Source: Nitrospirales bacterium
GTDB taxonomy: Bacteria > Nitrospirota > Nitrospiria > Nitrospirales > UBA8639
Assembly: GCA_965223295.1 (NCBI GenBank)
Contig: CBDCWC010000003.1
Coordinates: forward strand, 192,001-256,000
Reading direction: 5' to 3'
DNA: 64,000 nucleotides
Part shown: one piece after another, positions 1 to 9,193 of the stretch
Layout: every line of letters starts with the position of its first letter
Position numbering within the stretch: the first letter of the stretch is position 1
Notes under the pieces: model-generated
What the model was told of the DNA's origin: nothing
The model's input: the letters and a program-made list of their open reading frames with translations, nothing else
Databases searched by the model: none
Program-made: the position numbers and the translations under genes

Positions 1-213
1 ATTTCCCATTCAATTCCTAGTGTTTCATGGCCCATGTCAGCAAAGCCTTTTGAGAAAATCTCGCAACCTGGCTGCAACATTTACTATTCTGTATTATAAT
101 TGACCGGCAAGAACAAACAAGGTCCCACTTGGTTACTTGTCAGAAGACCGCTTGCTCCATGGCTCCTTACCCTTCTCCCTAGAGATCATCCTCTCGTCTT
201 GGAGGCGTTGTCC

Positions 214-834
214 ATGCCACTCCTGCCTGATACTCCACATGTTACATCAGCCCCAGACACAGATTCACTAAATTCCGACAGAGAGGATCAGGAATCGAAA
301 TATCGTGCACTCCTTCACCAGATGGCCTTGGGAAAAGAAGCCGCACTCACCGAGTTTTATCACACCTTCGAAGCAAAAATTTATGCATTTGTGAAAATTC
401 GTTTAAACGATTCACATGATGCAGCCGACTTACTCAATGACATCATGTGGGAAATTTGGCGGGGAGCCGGTAAATTTGAAGGTCGTTCTTCTGTCACCAC
501 TTGGGTGTTTGGAATTGCCCGTCACAAAGTGATTGATCGTATTCGCAATCGCGGAAAACACCCTGTGGAACCCTTGGAAGTGACCACTGAAAAAGAATCA
601 GACTATGATTTGGAGGGCATCATTGTACAAAAGGAAATGGGAGAACATCTTCAGCATTGTCTCCAGAAGCTCTCGCCGGACCATCATCAGACAGTCCATC
701 TGGCATTTTTTGAAGATTTGTCATATCGAGAAATTGGAGAAATTGTGGGCAGCCCGGAAGGTACCATCAAAGCGCGCATGTTTCATGCCAAGCAGGCACT
801 CAAACGCTGTTTAGCTAGACGCATTCGTGAGTAA
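214..834 (+). CDS. ECF RNA polymerase sigma-70 factor (paralog 1)
   Basis: Region 2 (DLLNDIMWEIWRGAGKFEGRSSVTTWVFGIARHKVIDRIR) and region 4 (LSYREIGEIVGSPEGTIKARMFHAK). Start placed at ATG 214 after GGAGG (201-205) instead of TTG 100. Confidence 0.93.
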   Translation: MPLLPDTPHVTSAPDTDSLNSDREDQESKYRALLHQMALGKEAALTEFYHTFEAKIYAFVKIRLNDSHDAADLLNDIMWEIWRGAGKFEGRSSVTTWVFGIARHKVIDRIRNRGKHPVEPLEVTTEKESDYDLEGIIVQKEMGEHLQHCLQKLSPDHHQTVHLAFFEDLSYREIGEIVGSPEGTIKARMFHAKQALKRCLARRIRE

Positions 835-846
835 CGAGAGGACTGT

Positions 847-1461
847 ATGAGTAAAACTTCAACAGACAAACAAGAGCACCCGGATAAATTGCTACCATGG
901 TTTGTCAACGAAACACTCTCAAGTAACGAACGAGATGATGTCGCGCAACATGTTCAAGCTTGCTCCCGATGTCAACAGGAAATTGCTCTGCTCCAACGAA
1001 TAAGGACACATATCAAAGAAACGCACACTCAATCTCCGGGAGAATTTGGCCTTAAGCGGCTCCTGTCCGAAATTCGAAAGGAACAGGCTGTCACCAAAGT
1101 AGAACGACTAAGACCTTCTGGATGGTGGCAAAAAGGATTTGCCATTGCGGCTTCGTTGATCATTTTTATCCAAGCTGGATTTCTCTTGGATGCCTGGTAT
1201 TTGTCCAAACCGATGGTTCCGCTAGCTGGTCCACAAACACATGAACAAGTCCTGCAGATCTCTTTTCAACCAACTGCGACAGAAGCACAAATACGAGAAG
1301 CGATGAGTCATATTCATGGAACATTTATCGATGGGCCAAGTTCTTTAGGCCTTTATCGAGTTCGTCTCAATACGGCAGCCTCTCCTGAAACACCCATCCG
1401 ACAAACCATTGAACAACTTCGCCAACAGACGACAATCATCCAACATGTTGCAGAAGACTAA
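847..1461 (+). CDS. Zinc-binding anti-sigma factor (zf-HC2/ZAS), single TM, periplasmic C-terminal domain
   Basis: HVQACSRC (HxxxCxxC) motif, hydrophobic helix FAIAASLIIFIQAGFLL, immediately downstream of the ECF sigma. Confidence 0.88.
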   Translation: MSKTSTDKQEHPDKLLPWFVNETLSSNERDDVAQHVQACSRCQQEIALLQRIRTHIKETHTQSPGEFGLKRLLSEIRKEQAVTKVERLRPSGWWQKGFAIAASLIIFIQAGFLLDAWYLSKPMVPLAGPQTHEQVLQISFQPTATEAQIREAMSHIHGTFIDGPSSLGLYRVRLNTAASPETPIRQTIEQLRQQTTIIQHVAED

Positions 1462-1477
1462 AGATGGAGGCAATGAT

Positions 1478-2854
1478 ATGCTGAGCCAATTTTTTCAACT
1501 TGCCGTAACATTGTCACTCATTCTTAGCTCAATCTCTGTAATCTCCTGTACCACCTCCACACCTCAGAGTCAATCGATTCAATCTCCCTCCGAACAACAG
1601 AAGCAGCTTGTCGGATCACGAATCAACAATCAAGACACCGCCCGTGCATTTGATCGTCTCCGAACCAGAGGCCTTCGAGATCACGAGGATATTGATCTGA
1701 ATAGGCTCGAGCCTGGGGAAGTGTGTGTGATAAATGTGAATGAAGCCGACGCCAGAAAATTAGATGAATTCGCACAAGCCAGAGGTTACACCAAGAAAAA
1801 ACGCCGGATACTCAACAACCTCGGGTTCGTGATGAGTATTTTCCACGCACCGCCCGGACAAAGTCTCCAGGAAGCAATCCTGGCGATCCAAGAAGCTTTT
1901 CCGTCACAAATCATCGACGCAAACCATCACTATTACCTACAGGAGCAGACCCTGCCGATCAATCCTCTTCTCTACGGACACCGACTAGTAGGGTGGACTG
2001 ATCACGCCATTGGTTGTGTCATCCATGAGATATCAATCGGAATGATTGACACCGCAGTGAATATGAGACGTCTCCCGGCAAAACAACGCACAATTCACAC
2101 CAAATCATTTATCCCTCCCAATGCATCAAAGCCTCAGGATTATCATGGAACAGCGGTGGCCACACTTCTCGTTGGGCAAGCTCACACAACAAACCATGCC
2201 TTACTTCCCCAAGCTTCGTTGTTCGTGGCAGAGGCATTTCGGCAAAAAGAAGCCGGCAAGGTCGAAGCAACTACTTGGAGTATCGTACGAGCGTTGGACT
2301 GGCTCGTAGAACAACATGTACAAGTCATTAATCTTAGTTTAGGGGGTCCACCGAATGCCTTGCTTTCCTATGCCATCACCACGACCCTAAACCAGAGCAT
2401 ACCAATTGTTGCTGCTGGAGGAAATGCAGGCCCTGACGGACATCCCATCTATCCAGCCGCACAACCTGGCGTCATTGCCGTAACAGCATTAGACGCAAAA
2501 CTTCATCCGTATCGTTACGCCAACAGAGGGTCTTACATTTCGTTTTCTGCTCCAGGCGTCGACATATGGATCCCTCAAGAAGGTGGGACCGGGGCCTTTC
2601 AATCTGGAACATCATTTGCGACTCCATTTGTCACAACGGCAACCGCTGCAGTCAAACAATTAAACCCGCATTGGACTCCAGATCAAATTGTATACCAACT
2701 AGCTCGTACGGCTGTGGACTTGGGAACCACAGGCAAGGATGAAACCTTTGGTTGGGGACTCATCCAAATTCCACACACTTGTCCAAATACCTCGTCATCT
2801 CTTCACACTCAATCCTCTAGCATGAATCCTGATTCAAAAAGAGTGAAGCATTGA
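1478..2854 (+). CDS. S8 subtilisin-like serine protease, probable lipoprotein
   Basis: Triad motifs IGMIDTAV, YHGTAVA, SGTSFATP; oxyanion AAGGN; signal/lipobox ISVISC; GGAGG before ATG 1478. Confidence 0.9.
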   Translation: MLSQFFQLAVTLSLILSSISVISCTTSTPQSQSIQSPSEQQKQLVGSRINNQDTARAFDRLRTRGLRDHEDIDLNRLEPGEVCVINVNEADARKLDEFAQARGYTKKKRRILNNLGFVMSIFHAPPGQSLQEAILAIQEAFPSQIIDANHHYYLQEQTLPINPLLYGHRLVGWTDHAIGCVIHEISIGMIDTAVNMRRLPAKQRTIHTKSFIPPNASKPQDYHGTAVATLLVGQAHTTNHALLPQASLFVAEAFRQKEAGKVEATTWSIVRALDWLVEQHVQVINLSLGGPPNALLSYAITTTLNQSIPIVAAGGNAGPDGHPIYPAAQPGVIAVTALDAKLHPYRYANRGSYISFSAPGVDIWIPQEGGTGAFQSGTSFATPFVTTATAAVKQLNPHWTPDQIVYQLARTAVDLGTTGKDETFGWGLIQIPHTCPNTSSSLHTQSSSMNPDSKRVKH

Positions 2855-3015
2855 TAGCAAAAAATCACTAACTTTTCGAACGATACTGCCCTTAGTTCCC
2901 CTTCCCCAGAGACTCCAAAAGCGTGAAGTGACCTAGCGAAAATAGATTGATTCCAACAGAAGTGCTCACTTTTAGAATAGATCCGTGCCCATCCTTCAAT
3001 TTTGCTCAAAATAAT

Positions 3016-3047
3016 TACAACCATTTTCCTTCACACTACCACTTACC
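3016..3047 (+). promoter_or_regulatory. Putative ECF-sigma promoter (-35/-10), copy A
   Basis: TACAACC-N16-CCACTTACC; same bipartite motif and spacing recur at 3836, 8172 (minus) and 19168. Confidence 0.6.
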
Positions 3048-3144
3048 CTACAACACCCTTTGACAGAGTAGTCATTGAACAGGTTTCGACAGCACCCCAA
3101 TATTTTGGTCTGCATTCATTATCAAAGGGGCGAGTGAGGAGGCC

Positions 3145-3741
3145 ATGATGCCAAAATTTATTATATATCTATATCTCTTGCTATCTTTCGGACTCACTAG
3201 TTCAATCTCACCGATCCATGCCGAGGTTCGTCTCATTCACAACACCCTCACAGTTGATAGCCACAATAAGACCTTGAAGGATGTTCTGGATGACCTACGA
3301 CAACAAGGAAATTTCAACATTGTCGCCTTTGAAGAAACAATAATCGGCAATGTGAGAATATCCAAACAATTCTGGAACCTCCCACTTGAAAAAGGTTTAG
3401 ATCGACTTCTCAGTGGCTGGAATTACGGAATCAACCGTGATGGATCAACAGGCAAAATTACCGTACTGTATCTTGTTTCTCAGCGGAAAGGCCCAGCACC
3501 TTTCTCTCGTGTTCTATCGGCCTCCATAGCACAACCATCAAGTTACAATGCCTATGAGGCACAAACTTGGCCAACGGGTTTGAGCGAAACCCATAACGCG
3601 CAATCCACCGATTCTGACGATGAAGAAGAGGACAAAGAGTTTACAAGCGAATTAGATTCCCTCAGCGAGCATGAGCTCAAAAATCTCCCACCTGACCTCC
3701 GTAAACAAGCTATAAATTTGTACCGAAATGACCACTCTTAG
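3145..3741 (+). CDS. Hypothetical secreted protein, possible STN/secretin-N0-like domain with acidic tail
   Basis: Signal peptide ending IHA; LTVDSHNKTLKDVLDDL...LPLEKGLDRLL resembles N0/STN domains; GAGGAGG RBS. Confidence 0.6.
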   Translation: MMPKFIIYLYLLLSFGLTSSISPIHAEVRLIHNTLTVDSHNKTLKDVLDDLRQQGNFNIVAFEETIIGNVRISKQFWNLPLEKGLDRLLSGWNYGINRDGSTGKITVLYLVSQRKGPAPFSRVLSASIAQPSSYNAYEAQTWPTGLSETHNAQSTDSDDEEEDKEFTSELDSLSEHELKNLPPDLRKQAINLYRNDHS

Positions 3742-3835
3742 AATGGCCTCTATTCTTTTATCGTGTCTATTAGAGAACTCTTTACTCAAAATGAATAGGA
3801 TCAAATCATATCATGCAAGCTTTTTATGATAATGA

Positions 3836-3867
3836 TACAACCAAAATGCTCATGTTGACGACTTACC
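3836..3867 (+). promoter_or_regulatory. Putative ECF-sigma promoter, copy B
   Basis: TACAACC-N16-CGACTTACC, 46 nt before ATG 3914. Confidence 0.7.
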
Positions 3868-3913
3868 TCATGACACGTTCAAAAATAATCGACTTATTTA
3901 AAGGAATAACACA

Positions 3914-4612
3914 ATGAACATCACCTCGATCTTACACCAAATAATAAATGGGAATTATCTATGTAGAAGACAAACAATGAAGAATGAAGAACCATGGACT
4001 TCGACACAGGAGCGTTGGGAAAAGGAGGAACGATGCCAAGAGCTTGACGTGCACTTTAATTGTGTAGCCTCAAGCAAGCAGCCAGTGCTGCTATGGAAGT
4101 ACGAAGACACAGATACCTCGGAAGTTGCCAAGTTGTTGCACAAAAGGAGTCCCTTTTGCAAGCATCACCTTGTGACCGTATCTTGTCGAACCGACCCTTT
4201 CAAGACTTGGGGAATGGCTCTGTCTCAGCTTATCGTGCCACATCAACCCAGAACGGACGAACAACCTGCAGACCCAATTACCATGGTTCCTGGTGGAACG
4301 TTGTTTATCAATGATCTAGAGTTCTTGCCTTTTGAACTACAACGCCTGCTCTATGCGTTATTGGATCAAGATGGAGTCATTCGATTTATGGGTAAGAATG
4401 CCCACGGCGTTGAAATCAGAGTCATAGCCTCCACGACTACAGATATTTGGAAAAAATGCCAAGAAGGATTCTTTCACGCCAGTCTCTTGTATCAACTCAA
4501 TCGTTTAAACGTCCATGACCTCTCCTGTCCTATGCATTCACTACTCTCGTTCAAAAAAAGTGATCGCCTGTCTCCAGACGATATGCCCCCTCTCAAGCGC
4601 ATAATTCATTGA
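3914..4612 (+). CDS. Stand-alone degenerate sigma54-interaction (bEBP AAA+) domain protein 1
   Basis: Aligns to bEBP core (PVLLW...VTVSC...GGTLFIND...LPFELQRLL...IRVIAST...LLYQLN) but Walker A, GAFTGA and Walker B are altered; no HTH or sensor domain. Confidence 0.75.
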   Translation: MNITSILHQIINGNYLCRRQTMKNEEPWTSTQERWEKEERCQELDVHFNCVASSKQPVLLWKYEDTDTSEVAKLLHKRSPFCKHHLVTVSCRTDPFKTWGMALSQLIVPHQPRTDEQPADPITMVPGGTLFINDLEFLPFELQRLLYALLDQDGVIRFMGKNAHGVEIRVIASTTTDIWKKCQEGFFHASLLYQLNRLNVHDLSCPMHSLLSFKKSDRLSPDDMPPLKRIIH

Positions 4613-5295
4613 AAGATTCAAAAGCAGACCACTTCTCGGAAAGAGAAGCAACGTTCGCTTAGAAAAACAGTATTCCCCAAATAGGTGATCGATCTAGGGA
4701 CTTCCACGACCCCTATCGATCATTCATTTTTTCTCAAGCATGCATCGCTATCAAAGAAATCACGGCCGCATCGATGCTATACTTTTTTTATAGAACTCTC
4801 GAAGTTACACATCTACAAGGGCCTAGCGAGCCATCTCTAGCGACTCAAGATGAAAGACATTAAACACCATATTGCGAGAGCACCGGCTCACACGATTCAC
4901 TCTTGGGTATCAGAGCAACCTCTCAGAATCAGACGGCAACAGACATTTAACAAATACTTGAATCATCATCTTACCTTATACTAGCCTAATGTTCCGGAAG
5001 CCGTGATAATGCACACAAAAATAGAACCTGTTCAACATGATCATATTTTTTTGATTACGAATAGAGACCTGAACGAGAGATAAAATTCCTGAACCACAGG
5101 ATTATGATACGTATGATGAATCTACGGAAAAGCGAATTCCCGACCGTTTGGCATTTTGGGAAGCAAAAGTTGGTTTACGGACCGTGATGAAGCCGCGAAC
5201 CATAGAATGTCGCTTTTCATGAAGGAAGGTTGCTCTAAAAGATTTCTATCCGTTATAAAAAAAATATCAGTACAGATTCACTGAGATAACTTCAA

Positions 5296-5337
5296 GAGCT
5301 GTGGGCCTCCAAGTCACAACTTGGAGGCCCACAGCTC
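5296..5337 (-). terminator. Perfect 19-bp hairpin downstream of the cytochrome gene
   Basis: GAGCTGTGGGCCTCCAAGT-caca-ACTTGGAGGCCCACAGCTC, 26 nt after the stop at 5364; no clear U-tract. Confidence 0.6.
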
Positions 5338-5363
5338 ATGCAGCAATTTCTCACTGGCTCTTG

Positions 5364-7970
5364 TTACGGCGTACCCATAAAGAACTGATCAGTTTCTGAT
5401 TCAAAGGGTTCTGTCTCATCATCGATAGAATTCAAGAGGATGATCAGATCTTTCCTTTGCTGCTCACTGAGTGCGCCCTGAATAGTAGAATTTCCTAACT
5501 GGTGCACCGCAAACACTTCCTCAAAGTTTTGCGCACTCCCATCATGTAGGTACGGGGCACCAAAACGGATACCGAGTAACGAGGGCACATTAAAGGCGCC
5601 TTGTGCAGTTAAGGATGCGAATCCTTGTGTGGACTGCCCTGCAATGGCGCCTGCCCCGCGAATTTCAATCGGGCTGTTTGGGTCAAACGTGCCGACGTTC
5701 TCGACGAATCGGAGCGTGCGGTTGCCATCCGCAACAGCAACAATCTGGGGTCCAGCTACCATCAGAGCTGGATCTATTGGTGGAACACCATCAAAGAAAT
5801 TTATCCCTAATGGGTCCACATTGAAGGTGGGGTTATTCTGATACAAAGGACTGGTTCGGCTCTTTGTCCACTTACTCCCACCATGGCAGGACGCACAATT
5901 CGTGGCAAAGACGGTTCGCCCTGTATCAACATCCGCTGGATTCGGCATATTGGGAGACCGGATTGTGGCGATCCACTCGTGCATGGCGTCCAGCGCATCA
6001 CTAACGCCCACCACAGGCCCATGATTAAAGATTTCTGCCGCTTTGTTCTCGCCATTGACATCTGTGGCATGACCAATTCCACCCTGAACGCCCCGTGAGT
6101 TTTGATCAAAGTCCGTAGACGGCGACCCTCGCACCCCGTTCCAGTTCATGATCCGTTGATCAGTCAAATCATTTTTGGTAAATGAACCGGCCAGCTCGAT
6201 GGTTTGTCGCGGACCTGTCGGAAACAGCCAGGTGACCCCATCCATGTGACCATCCTCATGACAGGAAGAACAACTGCTCCAACCATCCTTTGAGGCCTTG
6301 CCCCGAAACTGCAGAGGCTCGATGTTGCGAAGGTCAATATCAAACAGCCCGTCGCCACTGATATCGTGCACATCGGGGATACCCAATGCAGTAAAGAAGA
6401 GCAACTTACCAACTAGGGTCCGATGTTCCGGACTTCCTGCGGGAGGCGGTGTGCTCGAGGGAATATCTCGATTCAACACCTGATTCGATCCTAGATCAAT
6501 TGAAGTCACGGATGTGTTGATCTCGTTGTTGGTATATGCCCGGGTCGCTCCTGAATCAATGACCACGCCACTGGGCATATTTCCAGTCTGCAAACGAATG
6601 ACGTTATCCGGAGCACCAATATCCAGCTTCCCAGAATTATCAAGCTCCGCAGGCAACAGCACGTTACCGCCGCGACTGAGGATAAAGAATTTCTTGCCCT
6701 GGCCATCCGCGTCCATCGCTACGACATCGTTCAGAAAAAGACGGTCCAAGTTTCCTGGCTCCTGAAGCGGTGGCGTTTCGCTGGCTACCTGCGTATTGAG
6801 ATTGAGCGTGAAGTCGTGCTCGCCGCCGTTTTTCTTGTTTTTCTTTCTATCAACTACGGAGACTAAGGCTTGGACATTGTTGTTAAAGATGACCGGAGGT
6901 TCCGGCTGTGCACCAACATTCAGCACATAGAGGTTGTCGCCACGAAGCAGGGCCGCATAGAGGAGGTTCGGATAGACCCCCTGCGGGTCGGAACCAATTG
7001 GCCCATCCGGAGAAGCATCATGGCTATTGGGATCAGGACAGAACACTTCATTGGCCAACAGAGCTGCACCGTCTCCTTGCCTATCTTTTCCACTACTGAA
7101 GAATACGACATCGCCATTATCCTGGAGAATTTGACGAGTCTTGAGACAGAATTGCCGACGGTCCGCCTTAAACCCTGAGTCACCGGGAGGCAAGGTCACT
7201 TGCTTAATCCGGCCCGAAAGGATGGATTGCAAAATCGGCGAGTCTTTTCCAAGCCTGTCCGCCAATCTTGCAGTCGTTAATCCATGAATGACCTTAAAGG
7301 AATCCACGACACCCTGCTTGGCATCGTCAAATCCATCGGGTCTGGCTGGATCGATGAGCTCGCTAAAAAACCGTGTGACATACACGCGTTCATCAATATC
7401 GACTCTGTTGCCATTGTCTGTAATGGCAATGGCCATGGGGTTACCACCTGTCGGCACAGCCCCGATAACCTTCAAGGATTTCATGTCGATAAGAGAGACA
7501 TCACCCGAAGTGTGATTTGCCACAAATGCAAACTGGCCATTTGGCGTCAGAGCAATCCCTCGTGGTTCCTCACCGACCTGAAGCGGGTTTCCATTAAGAG
7601 CCGGAGGGTGAGACATCAAATCAATAACCGAGACAGTGCCATCTCTTCCGTTCGTCACCAAAGCCTTTTTGTCGTCGGGACTAATAGCGACAAATCGGGG
7701 ATCTCGCCCTACTGCAATCTCAGCGATCAAATTCTCCACATCATTCCCATGTTCGTCCCGTACTTCAAGGATCGAGACACTGTCTGCTTGACGATTGACG
7801 ACAACTAAGCGCCGGTCATCAGAAGTCAGTGCGATAGTCGTCGACCGAGTTGGCATTGGCGGAGGCTTTTCAAATTTCCTCTCCATAGAATTCCCTGGAA
7901 TGGGTGTAATGAACTCTAGAGTGAGCCCAAGAACTAAAAGGGTCGAGAATACTCGCGTAAGCTTTCGCAT
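5364..7970 (-). CDS. Secreted YVTN/YncE beta-propeller fused to di-heme cytochrome c (bCcP/MauG superfamily-like)
   Basis: Signal peptide; propeller repeats (VGRDPRFVAISPD, VGEEPRGIALTPNG); heme motifs CSSCH and CASCH; C-terminal FNVPSLLG..APYLHDGS; AAGGAGG before ATG 7970. Confidence 0.85.
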   Translation of the reverse strand: MRKLTRVFSTLLVLGLTLEFITPIPGNSMERKFEKPPPMPTRSTTIALTSDDRRLVVVNRQADSVSILEVRDEHGNDVENLIAEIAVGRDPRFVAISPDDKKALVTNGRDGTVSVIDLMSHPPALNGNPLQVGEEPRGIALTPNGQFAFVANHTSGDVSLIDMKSLKVIGAVPTGGNPMAIAITDNGNRVDIDERVYVTRFFSELIDPARPDGFDDAKQGVVDSFKVIHGLTTARLADRLGKDSPILQSILSGRIKQVTLPPGDSGFKADRRQFCLKTRQILQDNGDVVFFSSGKDRQGDGAALLANEVFCPDPNSHDASPDGPIGSDPQGVYPNLLYAALLRGDNLYVLNVGAQPEPPVIFNNNVQALVSVVDRKKNKKNGGEHDFTLNLNTQVASETPPLQEPGNLDRLFLNDVVAMDADGQGKKFFILSRGGNVLLPAELDNSGKLDIGAPDNVIRLQTGNMPSGVVIDSGATRAYTNNEINTSVTSIDLGSNQVLNRDIPSSTPPPAGSPEHRTLVGKLLFFTALGIPDVHDISGDGLFDIDLRNIEPLQFRGKASKDGWSSCSSCHEDGHMDGVTWLFPTGPRQTIELAGSFTKNDLTDQRIMNWNGVRGSPSTDFDQNSRGVQGGIGHATDVNGENKAAEIFNHGPVVGVSDALDAMHEWIATIRSPNMPNPADVDTGRTVFATNCASCHGGSKWTKSRTSPLYQNNPTFNVDPLGINFFDGVPPIDPALMVAGPQIVAVADGNRTLRFVENVGTFDPNSPIEIRGAGAIAGQSTQGFASLTAQGAFNVPSLLGIRFGAPYLHDGSAQNFEEVFAVHQLGNSTIQGALSEQQRKDLIILLNSIDDETEPFESETDQFFMGTP

Positions 7971-8171
7971 GATGGCACCTCCTTGATCCATCTTGAAAAT
8001 TTCAGAAATACATGTTCTAGACGAAATGGCAGACAACTCGTGTTTCCTATTGTGCGCCTGCCAGAGAAGACAGAGTATTGTGGTGGAAACTACAAGAAAA
8101 ATACTTCATCATAAAGACCTCCTTATTGTGAAATAATGCTACCCATGCCTTTTGGCATTTAGTTCATACTT

Positions 8172-8203
8172 AGTGAGTCGTTTGAACAAAAGAATTGGTT
8201 GCA
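8172..8203 (-). promoter_or_regulatory. Putative ECF-sigma promoter, copy C
   Basis: Minus strand TGCAACC-N16-CGACTCACT, pointing at the cytochrome gene. Confidence 0.7.
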
Positions 8204-8332
8204 TGAAAAAATTGTTTCCATAGGCTCATCGAAGAAAGACGAAACCAAACGAACAACCTTCCTGGTCCATCCACGTCCTTTTTCTGTGAATGAACCTCTT
8301 GTGTAAACAACACACATTCATCCTGACCATCC

Positions 8333-8620
8333 TCAATCAAGCACATTCTTCGAAAAACCTAGGGAATGCGCGATGTTCGTCACGGCGGTGGGGCAGTTCA
8401 GCAAATAGACATTACTGCGCATATGCTCAAAGAGTTTTTCAACCCCCTTTTGCGTGACAATAACAAGATGACAAAATTCTATAATGAACTGCTTGTTCGT
8501 ATGCATAAAAAGAGACTCCAGCCAATTCGACCAATCATCAAGATCGCTCTCAACAATCTCTCCTTCTACCTTGAAAAGAACGGTTTGTTCATTTTCAAAA
8601 ATTTTTTTAATTCGAAACAT
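8333..8620 (-). CDS. STAS-like (anti-anti-sigma-like) small protein
   Basis: LFKVEGEI...FIIEFCHLVIVTQKGVEKL...VYLLNCPTAV follows the STAS pattern; GAGGAGG RBS before ATG 8620. Confidence 0.65.
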   Translation of the reverse strand: MFRIKKIFENEQTVLFKVEGEIVESDLDDWSNWLESLFMHTNKQFIIEFCHLVIVTQKGVEKLFEHMRSNVYLLNCPTAVTNIAHSLGFSKNVLD

Positions 8621-8666
8621 GGTCCCTCCTCGACAAACCACACCTTCATTTCAACGCATCACACGT

Positions 8667-8682
8667 TTCAATACACATGCCA
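8667..8682 (-). promoter_or_regulatory. Sigma54-like -24/-12 promoter (variant -12)
   Basis: TGGCATG-TGTA-TTGAA; GG-N10-GA rather than GC; 46 nt upstream of the STAS start. Confidence 0.5.
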
Positions 8683-8858
8683 ACCAGGTAACCCCCAAAG
8701 TAAAAGAGAAGCTCTGATCGCTCCAATGCAGAACATGAACGATAAGGCAGGAGCCCCCCAATACCACTCCATCAGCCTGTGATTCTAGTGAAGGTTGAAT
8801 ATTACAACGCACCAGAGGCAAATTTGCCCATAATGACGCCGGTTACCATGAGCCTCGT

Positions 8859-8970
8859 GGCTGTTTAAAAAAGTCCGCCTGCGCGAAGCCGCTTTCAGCT
8901 TTCGTAGCCACTGCGGCGAAGTAGGCCGGCAAAGGCAGGGAAGGCCGCTGGTGGTTTTTTCAACAGACCC
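8859..8970. repeat. Short variant copy of the MITE/REP-like family
   Basis: Ends GGCTGTTTAAAAAAGTCCG ... CCGCTGGTGGTTTTTTCAACAGACCC match the family termini; interior differs. Confidence 0.6.
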
Positions 8971-9111
8971 TTCTATGAGGACGGCACACTAGCAGTTGGG
9001 AATTGTGTCTGAGCGGACTAAGGCAAATTCCGAATGCTAGTGCCCCCCGGAATCGGACTAAAACTGTTCAAAATATTGAATGAGCCAACCAGTGATGAAC
9101 GGATGAATATT

Positions 9112-9148
9112 TGCTGATATGTCAGCAGCGTACTGAAATGTCAGTACG
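9112..9148. promoter_or_regulatory. Tandem palindromes, candidate bEBP enhancer (UAS)
   Basis: TGCTGATATGTCAGCA and CGTACTGAAATGTCAGTACG, shared core CTGAwATGTCAG. Confidence 0.45.
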
Positions 9149-9193
9149 TTGGACCAGAAAATTGTTGGGGAGAAGGGAGGAATGCTGTTGAAG

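Noticed and set aside
8805-8850. Resemblance to a c-di-GMP-I riboswitch (ACGCAC..GGCAAA..GACGC..GGTTACC)
   Set aside because: No GNRA-capped P2 stem, P3 arm missing, and orientation is opposite to the flanking genes; would need an Rfam/Infernal hit
8983-9045. Long imperfect hairpin (CACTAGCA..GGAATT..AATTCC..TGCTAGTG) as an ncRNA
   Set aside because: Single copy, no recognisable family; may be only a terminator or repeat remnant
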